Positions 8,938 through 18,257 of a DNA stretch of 64,000 nt are shown piece by piece. Every line of letters starts with the position of its first letter. Position 1 is the stretch's first letter. The translations under genes and the position numbers were made by a program. The DNA lies in sequence record OM339718.1; one strand, 5' to 3'. The notes under the pieces are model-generated. The model did no database searches and was not told the origin of the DNA. It saw only the letters and a program-made list of their open reading frames with translations.

Positions 8938-9440
8938 TGAAAAAACTTCATGTAGAAAAACAAGTCATGAAAGACGTTGAAGGGGTTGTTGTTGAAGAGG
9001 GTAGCGGATTCAACCATAAATCCAAGCGTCTAGTTGTCTCCGTCATTAACAAAAAGAATGGTGTTGTGTCGCAACTTATTGCGTGTGTTACCGGGTTAAC
9101 TGTTATTTTAGACCAGTTTAATATTCTTGGTGGTGTTCGCGTTACAGAGCATCATTCCAGTGGTACTGTTACTTATGTAACTGATGTGTCTGAGTTTGGA
9201 ATGACTCTGAACGGTGATCTGTTTACAACCAAGAAAGAGAAAGTAACAGAATTTAAGGAACTGGAAGTTGGTGACCTTCTTACTATTGGTCTTCGTCGAA
9301 ACAAAAATCCAAAAGATATTTCTGTTTCGTTTATTGGTCTGGATGGTTCTGCACTGGCAACTGATTACAATGGTAAATCATACTTCATCAACCGAAACGA
9401 CCAAGACCAACTAAAGTCTCTGAAATTGAAACTAATGTAA
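8937..9440 (+). CDS. Hypothetical protein
   Basis: TAATG overlap with upstream gene. Confidence 0.75.
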   Translation: MKKLHVEKQVMKDVEGVVVEEGSGFNHKSKRLVVSVINKKNGVVSQLIACVTGLTVILDQFNILGGVRVTEHHSSGTVTYVTDVSEFGMTLNGDLFTTKKEKVTEFKELEVGDLLTIGLRRNKNPKDISVSFIGLDGSALATDYNGKSYFINRNDQDQLKSLKLKLM

Positions 9441-9448
9441 TAAAGTGA

Positions 9449-9478
9449 TTGACATAACCAATCACACTCTGATATTCT
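9449..9478 (+). promoter_or_regulatory. Sigma70-type early promoter
   Basis: TTGACA-N18-TATTCT. Confidence 0.5.
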
Positions 9479-9503
9479 CTATCTCGTAAACAACAACGAG
9501 GAA

Positions 9504-10070
9504 ATGACTATGAAAGAAGGTAGCAACGTACAGATCAATAATGATGTGATGAATGATGAAAGTCAGCGTCATTTGTTTGGTGTTGTTGGTGTGGTTTCAT
9601 ACTACAACCCAGAGGTTTGGGTTGAGGTTACTTGGCCCAATGGTACTATCAGTGCATACGAAGAGAATGAACTGATCTGTCTTGACAAAGAAGAGAAGAA
9701 ACCATTACCGGAAGTAGTACAACCAGAATCTGGATATGACGTTTCTTTTGTTGAAAAAGTAATCGAGAAAATCAATGATTATCATCGGGATTACCTTGAG
9801 CGTCATCCCCACGATTGGGACTGTTGTGGATTTTCCTCCGTGTATGTTGAATTCGGAAGAAAGAAAAAAGTGAAAGACCTTGTTTTGGGTCTCGGGTTTG
9901 ACATTGCGTATAAATCAGGTAAAGAATCTTTCTTGGAACCAAAATTTAGAATTCCGTATTGTGGTCATCAGTCTTTGACTTACAAAGAGGAAATCATGCA
10001 GATCATTTGTGACGAAATTAATAGTGTGGTTGGTGAAAAAGTTGCATATCGCAGCTCTTACATGGACTAA
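9504..10070 (+). CDS. Hypothetical two-domain protein (N-terminal SH3-like barrel)
   Basis: GVVGVV...VEVTWPNG...Y.ENEL beta pattern; GAGG RBS. Confidence 0.75.
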   Translation: MTMKEGSNVQINNDVMNDESQRHLFGVVGVVSYYNPEVWVEVTWPNGTISAYEENELICLDKEEKKPLPEVVQPESGYDVSFVEKVIEKINDYHRDYLERHPHDWDCCGFSSVYVEFGRKKKVKDLVLGLGFDIAYKSGKESFLEPKFRIPYCGHQSLTYKEEIMQIICDEINSVVGEKVAYRSSYMD

Positions 10071-10084
10071 TAAAAGGAAAAAGA

Positions 10085-10666
10085 ATGAAAGCATTTGTTT
10101 ATAAATTCAAAACTCCAAAAGACCGGAAAGAGTTTATCGGTCTAGCCAAAATTAATGATTGGATTGTTTCTAATTATCTGGTTGATTATCGTCTGACAGT
10201 TAACCAAGATAGCTTGAACAGACTTAACAGCGATGGTTATATTAGCCGTTTTATTGTTAATGGTGTATTGAAGGTGGACGAATTCAACACTATTGAGAGT
10301 GACGAATTTTATAAATATTTCGTACTTGATAAAGAGATTGAAATTGAAGATCTTCCGAAGCCTCGTCAGATTAGTGATGAGGAACTAATGGGTGGGGTCT
10401 GTAATGAGATTATTCTCAATAAAACACCAGTCGTTTCTAAGTTCGAGGGGAACAAACCCACATTTTCTGGGGATGTAACTAAACCTTTGAAGAAAAACGA
10501 CGAAGGTCTTAACATAACAGGTAACCTAAAAATTGGTAATTGTCAGTTGACACCACTCGATCAAGCAATTTTCAATCTAGTTAACACACAAGGTAAACTT
10601 TCTCAAGATATGGAAATCAAAATTTCCATTAAAAATGGTAAGGTGACATTCAGTGTATCCAAATGA
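10085..10666 (+). CDS. Hypothetical protein (YKFK family)
   Basis: 193-aa ORF with AAGGA RBS. Confidence 0.75.
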   Translation: MKAFVYKFKTPKDRKEFIGLAKINDWIVSNYLVDYRLTVNQDSLNRLNSDGYISRFIVNGVLKVDEFNTIESDEFYKYFVLDKEIEIEDLPKPRQISDEELMGGVCNEIILNKTPVVSKFEGNKPTFSGDVTKPLKKNDEGLNITGNLKIGNCQLTPLDQAIFNLVNTQGKLSQDMEIKISIKNGKVTFSVSK

Positions 10667-10934
10667 TCAATACCCACGTATGAACTTTGATACCATTTAC
10701 CGTTTTCGGTCTGTCGAAGCGGCTCAAGAATATCGCACCAGTTGTGAACGTAATTTTTATAATTATGAAATTCTTAAGAATGGATTCATTGTATTTCACA
10801 TCGATGATGATGAAAACGTAATCGCGGTTTGTGATATTGAAGATAAAGAAAAGAAAAATCCAATCTATATCAATGATGGAACCGTTTTTATTAACCAAAA
10901 AGAGAGTTTTCTTTTTATTCCGTGTCGGTGTTAA
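10653..10934 (+). CDS. Hypothetical protein (YRF family)
   Basis: 93-aa ORF. Confidence 0.7.
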   Translation: MYPNDQYPRMNFDTIYRFRSVEAAQEYRTSCERNFYNYEILKNGFIVFHIDDDENVIAVCDIEDKEKKNPIYINDGTVFINQKESFLFIPCRC

Positions 10935-11203
10935 ATATGACAGTTAAAGAATTGAAGGATAAAGCCCGGTCTTTCGGGCTTGCTGCTGAAATTATTTTGA
11001 ACAATGCAAAATATCGCGGATTCAACGATTGGATGTATGATTTCGTAACCCTTGACGAATCTCGTGGAATTACAGAAACAAACGTAGTTAAATTTTATTT
11101 TGTTAGCGGTGTTCATACCATTTCCCATCCAGTCAATATGGTGGTGTTGGGCCATTCACCAGAAAAAGTTATTGGTGAATTTCATAAGGAGGTTATCGAA
11201 TGA
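10922..11203 (+). CDS. Hypothetical protein
   Basis: 93-aa ORF; start uncertain. Confidence 0.65.
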   Translation: MSVLNMTVKELKDKARSFGLAAEIILNNAKYRGFNDWMYDFVTLDESRGITETNVVKFYFVSGVHTISHPVNMVVLGHSPEKVIGEFHKEVIE

Positions 11204-11859
11204 CCATAAAATGGAGGGATTACGAACTATCTCTCTGCGAGAGAAAAGAAATAAAAGATTTTGTGGAAACTCATCATTATTCTCATAATATAAATGGTCT
11301 AAAAACTTCTTATTGTTTTCGTATTACTGATAAAAACGGGAAGTTGGTTGGTGCTGTTATATTTGGACAATTAAGTACAACTGCATGGAAAAAATTTTCT
11401 GATAAAGAATGTGACGTCTTGGAATTACGACGTCTTGTATTATTGGATGAATTACCTCATAATTCCGAATCATGGGTTATTGGTTCGTGTTTGAGAATAT
11501 TAAAAAAATTAAAAACTCATAAAGTTGTAATTAGTTATGCAGATCCGTTTCATGACCATGTTGGTATTATATATCAAGCAACAAACTGGATATACGTTGG
11601 GGAAACTCCCAAAGATAAACTACTAAAGACACCAGATGGTAAGTTATATCACAGTAGGGCAATGAGAACGAAATATAAAGGTATGTTGAAACCTTTTGCA
11701 CAAAGATTACAAGATATGAAAAATGATGGTCTTCTAGAAGAAGTGGTAGTACCGGGAAAACATAGTTATGTTTATCCGTTAGTTCACATTAAAAAACTTG
11801 ATAAAGTTAACAAGATGGAACAAAAACAATATCCAAAGCAAAGAGATATAGAAAAATGA
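11200..11859 (+). CDS. mom: Mom-like DNA adenine-modification enzyme (GNAT fold)
   Basis: HHYS, LELRRLVLLDELPHNSESWVIG, VISYAD, GIIYQATNW and QYPK are collinear with phage Mu Mom (KHYS, [37 protein letters not shown], QPYPK). Confidence 0.8.
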   Translation: MTIKWRDYELSLCERKEIKDFVETHHYSHNINGLKTSYCFRITDKNGKLVGAVIFGQLSTTAWKKFSDKECDVLELRRLVLLDELPHNSESWVIGSCLRILKKLKTHKVVISYADPFHDHVGIIYQATNWIYVGETPKDKLLKTPDGKLYHSRAMRTKYKGMLKPFAQRLQDMKNDGLLEEVVVPGKHSYVYPLVHIKKLDKVNKMEQKQYPKQRDIEK

Positions 11860-12350
11860 AAATTCGTTATGTTAAAGGTGATATGATCGCCATGATGAAA
11901 GACCCAGAAGAATTGAAGATCCCAACTCTGTTCGTTCATGGGTGTAATTGTCATACTGCTATGGGATCTGGTATTGCGGCTGGTATTGCAATGAACTTCC
12001 CAGACGCACCAATTGTAGATGCACATTTCCAACGGCTGTTTAAGACAAACGGTCAAGTGGATATTGGAATGTTGGGTCAATATAGCTGGACTCCCTTAGA
12101 TTATGACTCTCGATTGATTAACCTATACACACAATATTTCCCCGGTCGAGATCTTCGTTTGGATGCATTAGAGAATGGTTTCGTCCACTTAGCGGAAGAT
12201 TTTGGATATGAAGGGTATCGACTTATATTCCCAAAGATTGGGGCTGGTGTTGCCGGTGGGGATTGGGATGTTATCTCACAAGTAATTGAAAATTGTTTTG
12301 ACGAAGACGACTTTGAAGAATTGATTTGTGTCGAATGGGATAAAAAGTAA
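11856..12350 (+). CDS. Macrodomain protein (ADP-ribose binding/hydrolase, T4 Tk.4-like)
   Basis: YVKGDM, HGCNCHTAMGSGIAAGIA, NLYTQ and FPKIGAGVAGGDW motifs. Confidence 0.9.
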   Translation: MKIRYVKGDMIAMMKDPEELKIPTLFVHGCNCHTAMGSGIAAGIAMNFPDAPIVDAHFQRLFKTNGQVDIGMLGQYSWTPLDYDSRLINLYTQYFPGRDLRLDALENGFVHLAEDFGYEGYRLIFPKIGAGVAGGDWDVISQVIENCFDEDDFEELICVEWDKK

Positions 12351-12363
12351 TCATTAATCTCCC

Positions 12364-12398
12364 AAAGGCTCCATCCTAAATAAGGTTGGAGCCTTTTT
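12364..12398 (+). terminator. Terminator hairpin carrying late promoter CTAAATA (12376-12382) in its apical part
   Basis: AAAGGCTCCA...TGGAGCCTTT stem with inner CCT/AGG pairs and AAATA loop, then a T-tract. Confidence 0.75.
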
Positions 12399-12415
12399 AT
12401 TTGGAGAGATTAACA

Positions 12416-12793
12416 ATGGTAAGATACAAGGCAATTATATTTGGGATTCTTCTTATTTTGGCTGGTGGGTCTGTTTGGTATATGTTCAACAAGATCGAAT
12501 CACAGGCAATAACAATCGGAGAGATGACCCAACAACTAGAAACAATGACATCCAAATTATCCGCCATGGAATTGAGTATAAGCGATTTCAAACAACAGTC
12601 CAGCGAGTATAGTCAGACGGAAGAGAAATCGAATAGAGAGCTTTCTAAGCGCATTGGTACGCTGGAATCTAATGCTAGTCGCGGTAAGGATGCAATAGAC
12701 AAGAAACCTAAGCTAGTAGAGAAGATAATCCAGAATGATTATGAAGAGTTTGGAAGCAGAATGGATTGCCTTACTCTGGGGGAATGTAAATGA
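12416..12793 (+). CDS. pseT.3: Inner-membrane spanin (Rz-like, PseT.3)
   Basis: N-terminal TM helix then coiled coil, KPKLVEKII motif; directly upstream of a lipoprotein. Confidence 0.85.
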   Translation: MVRYKAIIFGILLILAGGSVWYMFNKIESQAITIGEMTQQLETMTSKLSAMELSISDFKQQSSEYSQTEEKSNRELSKRIGTLESNASRGKDAIDKKPKLVEKIIQNDYEEFGSRMDCLTLGECK

Positions 12794-13089
12794 AAAAAAT
12801 TCTAATTATGATGTGTATAGTGGTTCTTGCTGCATGTTCAACACCACCGAGACCAGACCCGGTATTAGTGTTTCATCCAAATAGACCAATCCCTGTAAAA
12901 ACTTATATTCCTAAATGGACTGTTATTAAGGAAGGTGAAACAACTTATGTCGGGATGACATATGAGGACAGTTTAAGGTATAGGGCTTGGCTTGAAAAAA
13001 TAGGTGTTTATATAGATTCACAAAATAGAATGTTATGTTCTTATAGAAAGGATCTGAAAGAACCACAATGTCAAAAAGTCCCCAAATAA
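12790..13089 (+). CDS. pseT.2: Outer-membrane lipoprotein spanin (Rz1-like, PseT.2)
   Basis: Signal peptide with lipobox LAAC followed by Pro-rich segment. Confidence 0.85.
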   Translation: MKKILIMMCIVVLAACSTPPRPDPVLVFHPNRPIPVKTYIPKWTVIKEGETTYVGMTYEDSLRYRAWLEKIGVYIDSQNRMLCSYRKDLKEPQCQKVPK

Positions 13090-13100
13090 GGGACTTTTTT
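13073..13100 (+). terminator. Intrinsic terminator
   Basis: AAAAAGTCCC-CAAATAA-GGGACTTTTT; the spanin stop codon lies in the loop. Confidence 0.8.
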
Positions 13101-13105
13101 GTTAC

Positions 13106-13112
13106 CTAAATA
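13106..13112 (+). promoter_or_regulatory. Late promoter CTAAATA
   Basis: Recurrent motif upstream of structural genes. Confidence 0.75.
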
Positions 13113-13150
13113 AAAGAGTAGAAACAATTTCAAAATAGAGGAATTTAAAA

Positions 13151-16100
13151 ATGGCAGACCTTAAGAGTTCGTCTACCGCTGGGGGTGGATTAGTTTGGAC
13201 ACAGACTAACCTACCATTTTCCCCGCAAGACGTTAAGCTGTTTTATAATGGTAATGAGGTTATTGATAGTGTTAGTAATCAATCTATTGGTGGGGATAAA
13301 ACCTTTACCGGAACATTGACATATAAAACTCCTGTCAATTCTAATGAAGTTGCCATTAAAGGTTATGTTGATAACCTAGATAGTACATCGGTGAAATCTG
13401 TAACCGGGACTCTCCCAATCGTCGTTACTACTGGTGTAAGTCCGCGAGTTTCAATTAATAACGCAACGCAATCCGCCCATGGGGCAATGAGTAAAGAAGA
13501 CAAAACAAAACTTGACGGTTTGCCTGTTCGAGCTGTTAATAGAGATGGTGATACCATGACTGGAAACCTAATGGTTAATGGTCAGGTTGAAGCAAATAGA
13601 ATTAAGTCCAACGGTCAAGTTGAAGTTTATGATTCTGCTACCAATACATATGCACAACGTCTAGTTGCATCTGGTTCCTTACTTTATTTCCAAGGTGGTA
13701 AAGTAGATAGAGACGTTACGGATCAACGAATTGCTTTTAGTGGTTGGTATGGTACACCACTAACTCAAGTAAGATTTAATATGGCTGCCGGGGTTAATCC
13801 TCAAGTGTCTTATGGAAATACAAACTATGATATTTTCCATAAAGGTAATTTGCCTAGTGCGGAAGAAGTAAAGGCAATGGCGGTATATGATCGTCCACCA
13901 GAAGATGATTGCGATAAAGCAATTATGCCCGGTAACTATGGTGTTTTCGCCAATACTAAAAATACTCCATTAGGAACTGGTCCTAGTGGTTCAACCCTTC
14001 TCGTTACCAAGTGGGGTAATGGTGCAAACGCTCAGATATTCTTTTCTTATACTGAAAACCGTGTATGGGTGCGCAGACAATATGTCAGTGTGTGGCAGCC
14101 ATGGGCGGAAATGTATACATCACTCAATAAGCAACCTGTCGGTGGTATGGGTCTTGGTGTCGGCGATAGCCCTAACGCGATTACTGTAACTGGTGGGGTT
14201 CGTGACTTTAATCTAATCAAGACGACTGGGGTGTTTACAGTCGATGGTAACTGGTCTAATGGTGTTGATAACACTCCAACTGCAACAAGCCATAATGGTG
14301 TTGTTGAGGTAAAACAAAGGTTTTATGATAACTTCACGATTCAGAAATTCAGTAACTGGGTAACAGTCGGTGGATTCGTAGAACCAAGAGAGTTTACAAG
14401 GGTATGGATCAACGCAGTTGAAGGTTGGCAACCATGGATACCAACTGGTTTGTGGGAACAGGTAAACACATACAGAACTGGTATTCTGAGACACAACAAC
14501 TCTACTAATGACGATAGTGTTTATCCTTACGTATCTTATACCAAGGAAAAATATCGCGATGGAGTTGCTGTTGGTATTCCATATACCATTGGTGAAATTG
14601 GTTTTAGAGCTGGTTCTACAAATAGATATGATCCTCATACTGGCGACCAATTATCTAGAATTATAGGTCAAGCCACCAACACATCCACATCAGGTGAATA
14701 TGAAGGCACTTTGTTCTTAGCTTCTAGATATCGCAGAGGGTCTGATGGTTCGACTGCTGATACTAGTACACTAAGAATAAGTAGAGATGTTGGTGCTGAA
14801 TTCACCCATGCTGGTAAGAAAGTACAAATCGAAAATGGTAATGTAAATGCAGAGAAGTTTATTGCAACTACATCTGGTTATGCACTTCAATATTCCGGTA
14901 ATGTAAGCCAAGGAATCTACTTAGATAATAGAACAATTATTGGGGGTGGTTCATCTGGTGTTGTGATTCGTCCGAATGGTTCTGGTACTCCAACTGGTGA
15001 AACTGTATTTAATACAACTGGTACTATATCAAATAACCAAGCACCAACTGTATCAAACCATTTAACAAACAAGGCTTATGTTGATGGTGTTGCTCTTGGT
15101 GGTTTTAGTTCTATTATCACACTGAGAGATACAGATAACCTCAACGATATTAAAACCGCTGGTATATATAGCCAAGTTGCTAACGCTAAAGCATTAACTA
15201 GTTTGAACTATCCAGTTGAAAAAGCCGGAAACTTGATTGTTACTACTTCTGCTGGTGTAATTCAAAAATATTGGGTATATAACTCATCCGAGGTTTGGTC
15301 TCGTGCTCAATATAATACGGGTGCATGGAAACCATGGTATCGTGATTATAACGAAGAGTTTAAACCTACATCCGCTGATGTTGGGGCGCTGTCTCTGACT
15401 GGTGGTACTGTAACCGGAGACGTTAGATTTAACTCTGGTAACACCACTAGATTGACTCTTGGTAGTGGTTCTGATTATTACGTCGAACGCTCACCATCTG
15501 GATTGACATTAGCTTCTGGAACTGTCAATCCGAAGGTTAAAGTTAATAACACAGATTATGACATATATCATACCGGCAATAAACCATCAGCCGCCGACGT
15601 TGGTACATTAACAACTGCACAGATAAACACAGAGCTTAACAAAAAGCTTAATCTGTCTGGTGGTATCATGACTGGTGCAATTCGTTGGGATGCAACAGAT
15701 GAATATATCAACGCCGCGAGCAACAATATATATCTGGCTGCTAAGACTGGTACTGTATATCTTGAAAGCAAAAATAACCCAATGGTGAGGATTGGAAGTA
15801 ACGATTACACCATATATCACACTGGTAATAAACCTGCTGCTGGTGATTTTAATGCATACACAAAAACTGAAACAGATAATTTACTTAATACTAAATTAAA
15901 TCTGTCTGGTGGTACTCTAACTGGAGCGGTAACTACTGCAACCATAAAGAATGCTGTTATGATTAATAATGGTGCATCGATTAGTTTTCAAGATGGTTCT
16001 AATGCTAGATTTCATATATTAGCAGAAGGAAACACATTTAAACTAAAACATGGTAACTCAGGTGAAAACCAGATAATACAAGTTAGCACAACAGTAACAG

Positions 16101-17095
16101 AATTACAAAACCAATTGAGTGCAAGAACTGCAATGTTTGTAAGTGGTGCAGATGGTACTAGGGTATTTGGGCTTGGAGCACAAGAATCTTCTGGTATAAA
16201 CCCATACATATATGTAAGAAGATCTGGAGACACTGCAAACATACGTGTAATGACGTTTAATGATGGCGAGATTATTGCTAACCAAGACAGAATTGCCGCA
16301 CCATCTTTCCGGGTTATCAATAATGCTGGTCTGATATTCACCCCGTTCGAAAACAAACAAGGTTTGTCTTGGGGGATGGGTATGGATCTATCTAATGGTA
16401 ACCTTGGTATCCATCGTTATCAAGATGGTGTATGGAATCTCCAACCATTTATGATAGGTTCGAACGGTGTGGTTACTATGAGTACGGGTTTCAACACAGC
16501 CAGCGGAACAATGTCTGGTTCCCTAAGTGTTAATGGAAACATTGAGGTTGGTGGATCTGTAGGTATTAATAGTGGTTATGCCTCTATCATTAGCAATAGT
16601 AATAACAGACTGGAATTTCATCGTCCCGGATTTTGGGCAACAATGATTTACATGAACACAGACGGTCAACTTCGATTTACATCAAGTAATGGTGCCGGTG
16701 GTGAAACTAAACTCAGAATGTCTATTGATAACAATGGTAATACCGGAATAGCAGGTTCTGTTAACGCTAATGGTGGTGTTCACGACGTAGGTCAACGAGT
16801 TTATTCACCAAGTAACCCAATTCCAGATGGTGTAATACTGAGATCAGTCGTCAATGGCGGCGGCAATATGGATATTGGTTCATATGCGATGGTCACAGTC
16901 AAATCCAACCTTGGTCCACAAGGTCCGGGGACTGTTCTCCAAGGTACTCAGATTGCATTCTCGAACGCGGAAGGTACTAATATGGTTGCTTGTAACTATG
17001 GTACATGGCGTCTGATGGGTGTTTCAAGAGCAAATTCCCAAAACGGCGACGGTTGGGGTTCTTGGAACGTAACATTGGCACAGAGGATAACTTAA
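13151..17095 (+). CDS. 36: Long tail fibre protein (gp36-like N-terminus, multi-knob distal fibre)
   Basis: MADLKSSSTAGGGLVW resembles T4 gp36 MADLKVGSTTGGSVIW; repeated (Y/F)HxGN(K/L)P spacers, GGT(M/L)TG motifs, two knob domains ending WxPW. Confidence 0.85.
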   Translation: MADLKSSSTAGGGLVWTQTNLPFSPQDVKLFYNGNEVIDSVSNQSIGGDKTFTGTLTYKTPVNSNEVAIKGYVDNLDSTSVKSVTGTLPIVVTTGVSPRVSINNATQSAHGAMSKEDKTKLDGLPVRAVNRDGDTMTGNLMVNGQVEANRIKSNGQVEVYDSATNTYAQRLVASGSLLYFQGGKVDRDVTDQRIAFSGWYGTPLTQVRFNMAAGVNPQVSYGNTNYDIFHKGNLPSAEEVKAMAVYDRPPEDDCDKAIMPGNYGVFANTKNTPLGTGPSGSTLLVTKWGNGANAQIFFSYTENRVWVRRQYVSVWQPWAEMYTSLNKQPVGGMGLGVGDSPNAITVTGGVRDFNLIKTTGVFTVDGNWSNGVDNTPTATSHNGVVEVKQRFYDNFTIQKFSNWVTVGGFVEPREFTRVWINAVEGWQPWIPTGLWEQVNTYRTGILRHNNSTNDDSVYPYVSYTKEKYRDGVAVGIPYTIGEIGFRAGSTNRYDPHTGDQLSRIIGQATNTSTSGEYEGTLFLASRYRRGSDGSTADTSTLRISRDVGAEFTHAGKKVQIENGNVNAEKFIATTSGYALQYSGNVSQGIYLDNRTIIGGGSSGVVIRPNGSGTPTGETVFNTTGTISNNQAPTVSNHLTNKAYVDGVALGGFSSIITLRDTDNLNDIKTAGIYSQVANAKALTSLNYPVEKAGNLIVTTSAGVIQKYWVYNSSEVWSRAQYNTGAWKPWYRDYNEEFKPTSADVGALSLTGGTVTGDVRFNSGNTTRLTLGSGSDYYVERSPSGLTLASGTVNPKVKVNNTDYDIYHTGNKPSAADVGTLTTAQINTELNKKLNLSGGIMTGAIRWDATDEYINAASNNIYLAAKTGTVYLESKNNPMVRIGSNDYTIYHTGNKPAAGDFNAYTKTETDNLLNTKLNLSGGTLTGAVTTATIKNAVMINNGASISFQDGSNARFHILAEGNTFKLKHGNSGENQIIQVSTTVTELQNQLSARTAMFVSGADGTRVFGLGAQESSGINPYIYVRRSGDTANIRVMTFNDGEIIANQDRIAAPSFRVINNAGLIFTPFENKQGLSWGMGMDLSNGNLGIHRYQDGVWNLQPFMIGSNGVVTMSTGFNTASGTMSGSLSVNGNIEVGGSVGINSGYASIISNSNNRLEFHRPGFWATMIYMNTDGQLRFTSSNGAGGETKLRMSIDNNGNTGIAGSVNANGGVHDVGQRVYSPSNPIPDGVILRSVVNGGGNMDIGSYAMVTVKSNLGPQGPGTVLQGTQIAFSNAEGTNMVACNYGTWRLMGVSRANSQNGDGWGSWNVTLAQRIT

Positions 17096-17100
17096 TAATT

Positions 17101-17120
17101 TGGACTCCTTCGGGAGTCCA
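17101..17120 (+). terminator. C(UUCG)G hairpin
   Basis: TGGACTCC-TTCG-GGAGTCCA; weak T-tract, may be a stabilising or processing hairpin. Confidence 0.65.
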
Positions 17121-17141
17121 TAATTTTAGAGAGAATATTAT

Positions 17142-17642
17142 ATGTTAGAAAAAATGCTTAAATTCGACGAGGGTTCGAAGCTTACTGTTTATTGGGATAC
17201 CGAAGGATATCCGACTATCGGTATTGGTCATTTAATAAAGAAACTTCGTACGAAAGATATGGGGGAAATTAACCGTGAGTTAAGTTCCCATGTTGGGAGG
17301 GTTATTACCGACGGTAAGATTACTCAATCAGAAGAAAGTCAACTTTTTGCTAAAGATCTTGAGGTAGTTAGAAATTCTATGAAAGGGTATGTCGATTTAT
17401 GGTCTACATATGTTGGATTAGATGAAGTCAGAAAAACCGCATTGGAAAATATGGTTTTTCAGATGGGGGCTAAAGGTGTAAATGGTTTCCCATCAATGCT
17501 TCGCGCTATGCGCTCCAAGAACTGGGTAGAAGCCAAGAAACATGGGCTTGCTAGTGCTTGGGCGAGACAAACGCCAAATCGCGCTAAGAGAGTTACAGAC
17601 GTTATTGAGACTGGTACTTACAAAGGTTATCCATTCGCATAA
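17142..17642 (+). CDS. e: Endolysin (T4 lysozyme family, GH24)
   Basis: E10-D19-T25 triad (DEG...WDTEGYPTIGIGH), ALENMVFQMG, WARQTPNRAKRV. Confidence 0.95.
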   Translation: MLEKMLKFDEGSKLTVYWDTEGYPTIGIGHLIKKLRTKDMGEINRELSSHVGRVITDGKITQSEESQLFAKDLEVVRNSMKGYVDLWSTYVGLDEVRKTALENMVFQMGAKGVNGFPSMLRAMRSKNWVEAKKHGLASAWARQTPNRAKRVTDVIETGTYKGYPFA

Positions 17643-17645
17643 AAC

Positions 17646-17675
17646 AAAAGGGATCCCATATCGGGATCCCTTTTT
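17646..17675. terminator. Bidirectional terminator between convergent e and tk
   Basis: AAAAGGGATCCC-ATATC-GGGATCCCTTTT. Confidence 0.9.
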
Positions 17676-18249
17676 ATTTTCCACTCATACCAGCAACCCA
17701 GTGTTTACGACAAACAGAAATATATCTATCGTTTCCACCAATACAAACCTGATCACCAATAACTTTTTTACCGTTCTCATCAACACGAAGGTTCATTGTT
17801 GCTTTAGAACCACACCAACAAATTGTTTTATGTTCCACAATTTGTTCAGCCATAACCACAAGTTGACGACTTGCATCAAACATCTCTCCATTGGAGTCAG
17901 ACATAAGACCATAACACATAACAGGAACATCGTAGTTATCAACAATAAAAGCCAGTTGCTTTACTTGTTCGACCGTCATAAATTGGGCTTCATCGATAAG
18001 AATACAATCTATTTTCTTTCCGATCTTATAACTCAAATAAAGATCAGTTAAATTCTCCTTATCAGAAAACATAATTGATGGACGAGAAACCCCCAATCGT
18101 GAAGAAACCATTTCCCCATCACGAGTATCAATGCAAGGTTTTAAAACTAAAACTCCCATTCCTCGTTCTTCATAATTATAAGCAACTTGCAATAAATGAG
18201 AACTCTTTCCCGCATTCATTGCGGAATGATGGAAATGCAAACTAGACAT
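17674..18249 (-). CDS. tk: Thymidine kinase
   Basis: SAMNAGKS, ILIDEAQF, VMCYGL, ICWCG and YISVCRKH motifs. Confidence 0.97.
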   Translation of the reverse strand: MSSLHFHHSAMNAGKSSHLLQVAYNYEERGMGVLVLKPCIDTRDGEMVSSRLGVSRPSIMFSDKENLTDLYLSYKIGKKIDCILIDEAQFMTVEQVKQLAFIVDNYDVPVMCYGLMSDSNGEMFDASRQLVVMAEQIVEHKTICWCGSKATMNLRVDENGKKVIGDQVCIGGNDRYISVCRKHWVAGMSGK

Positions 18250-18257
18250 ATCATACC

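Noticed and set aside
13151-17095. Diversity-generating retroelement or invertible tail-fibre cassette
   Set aside because: No template/variable repeat pair, reverse transcriptase, invertase or inverted recombination sites seen; the repeats are protein-level only
17542-18051. 169-aa plus-strand ORF
   Set aside because: Crosses a bidirectional terminator and is antisense to tk
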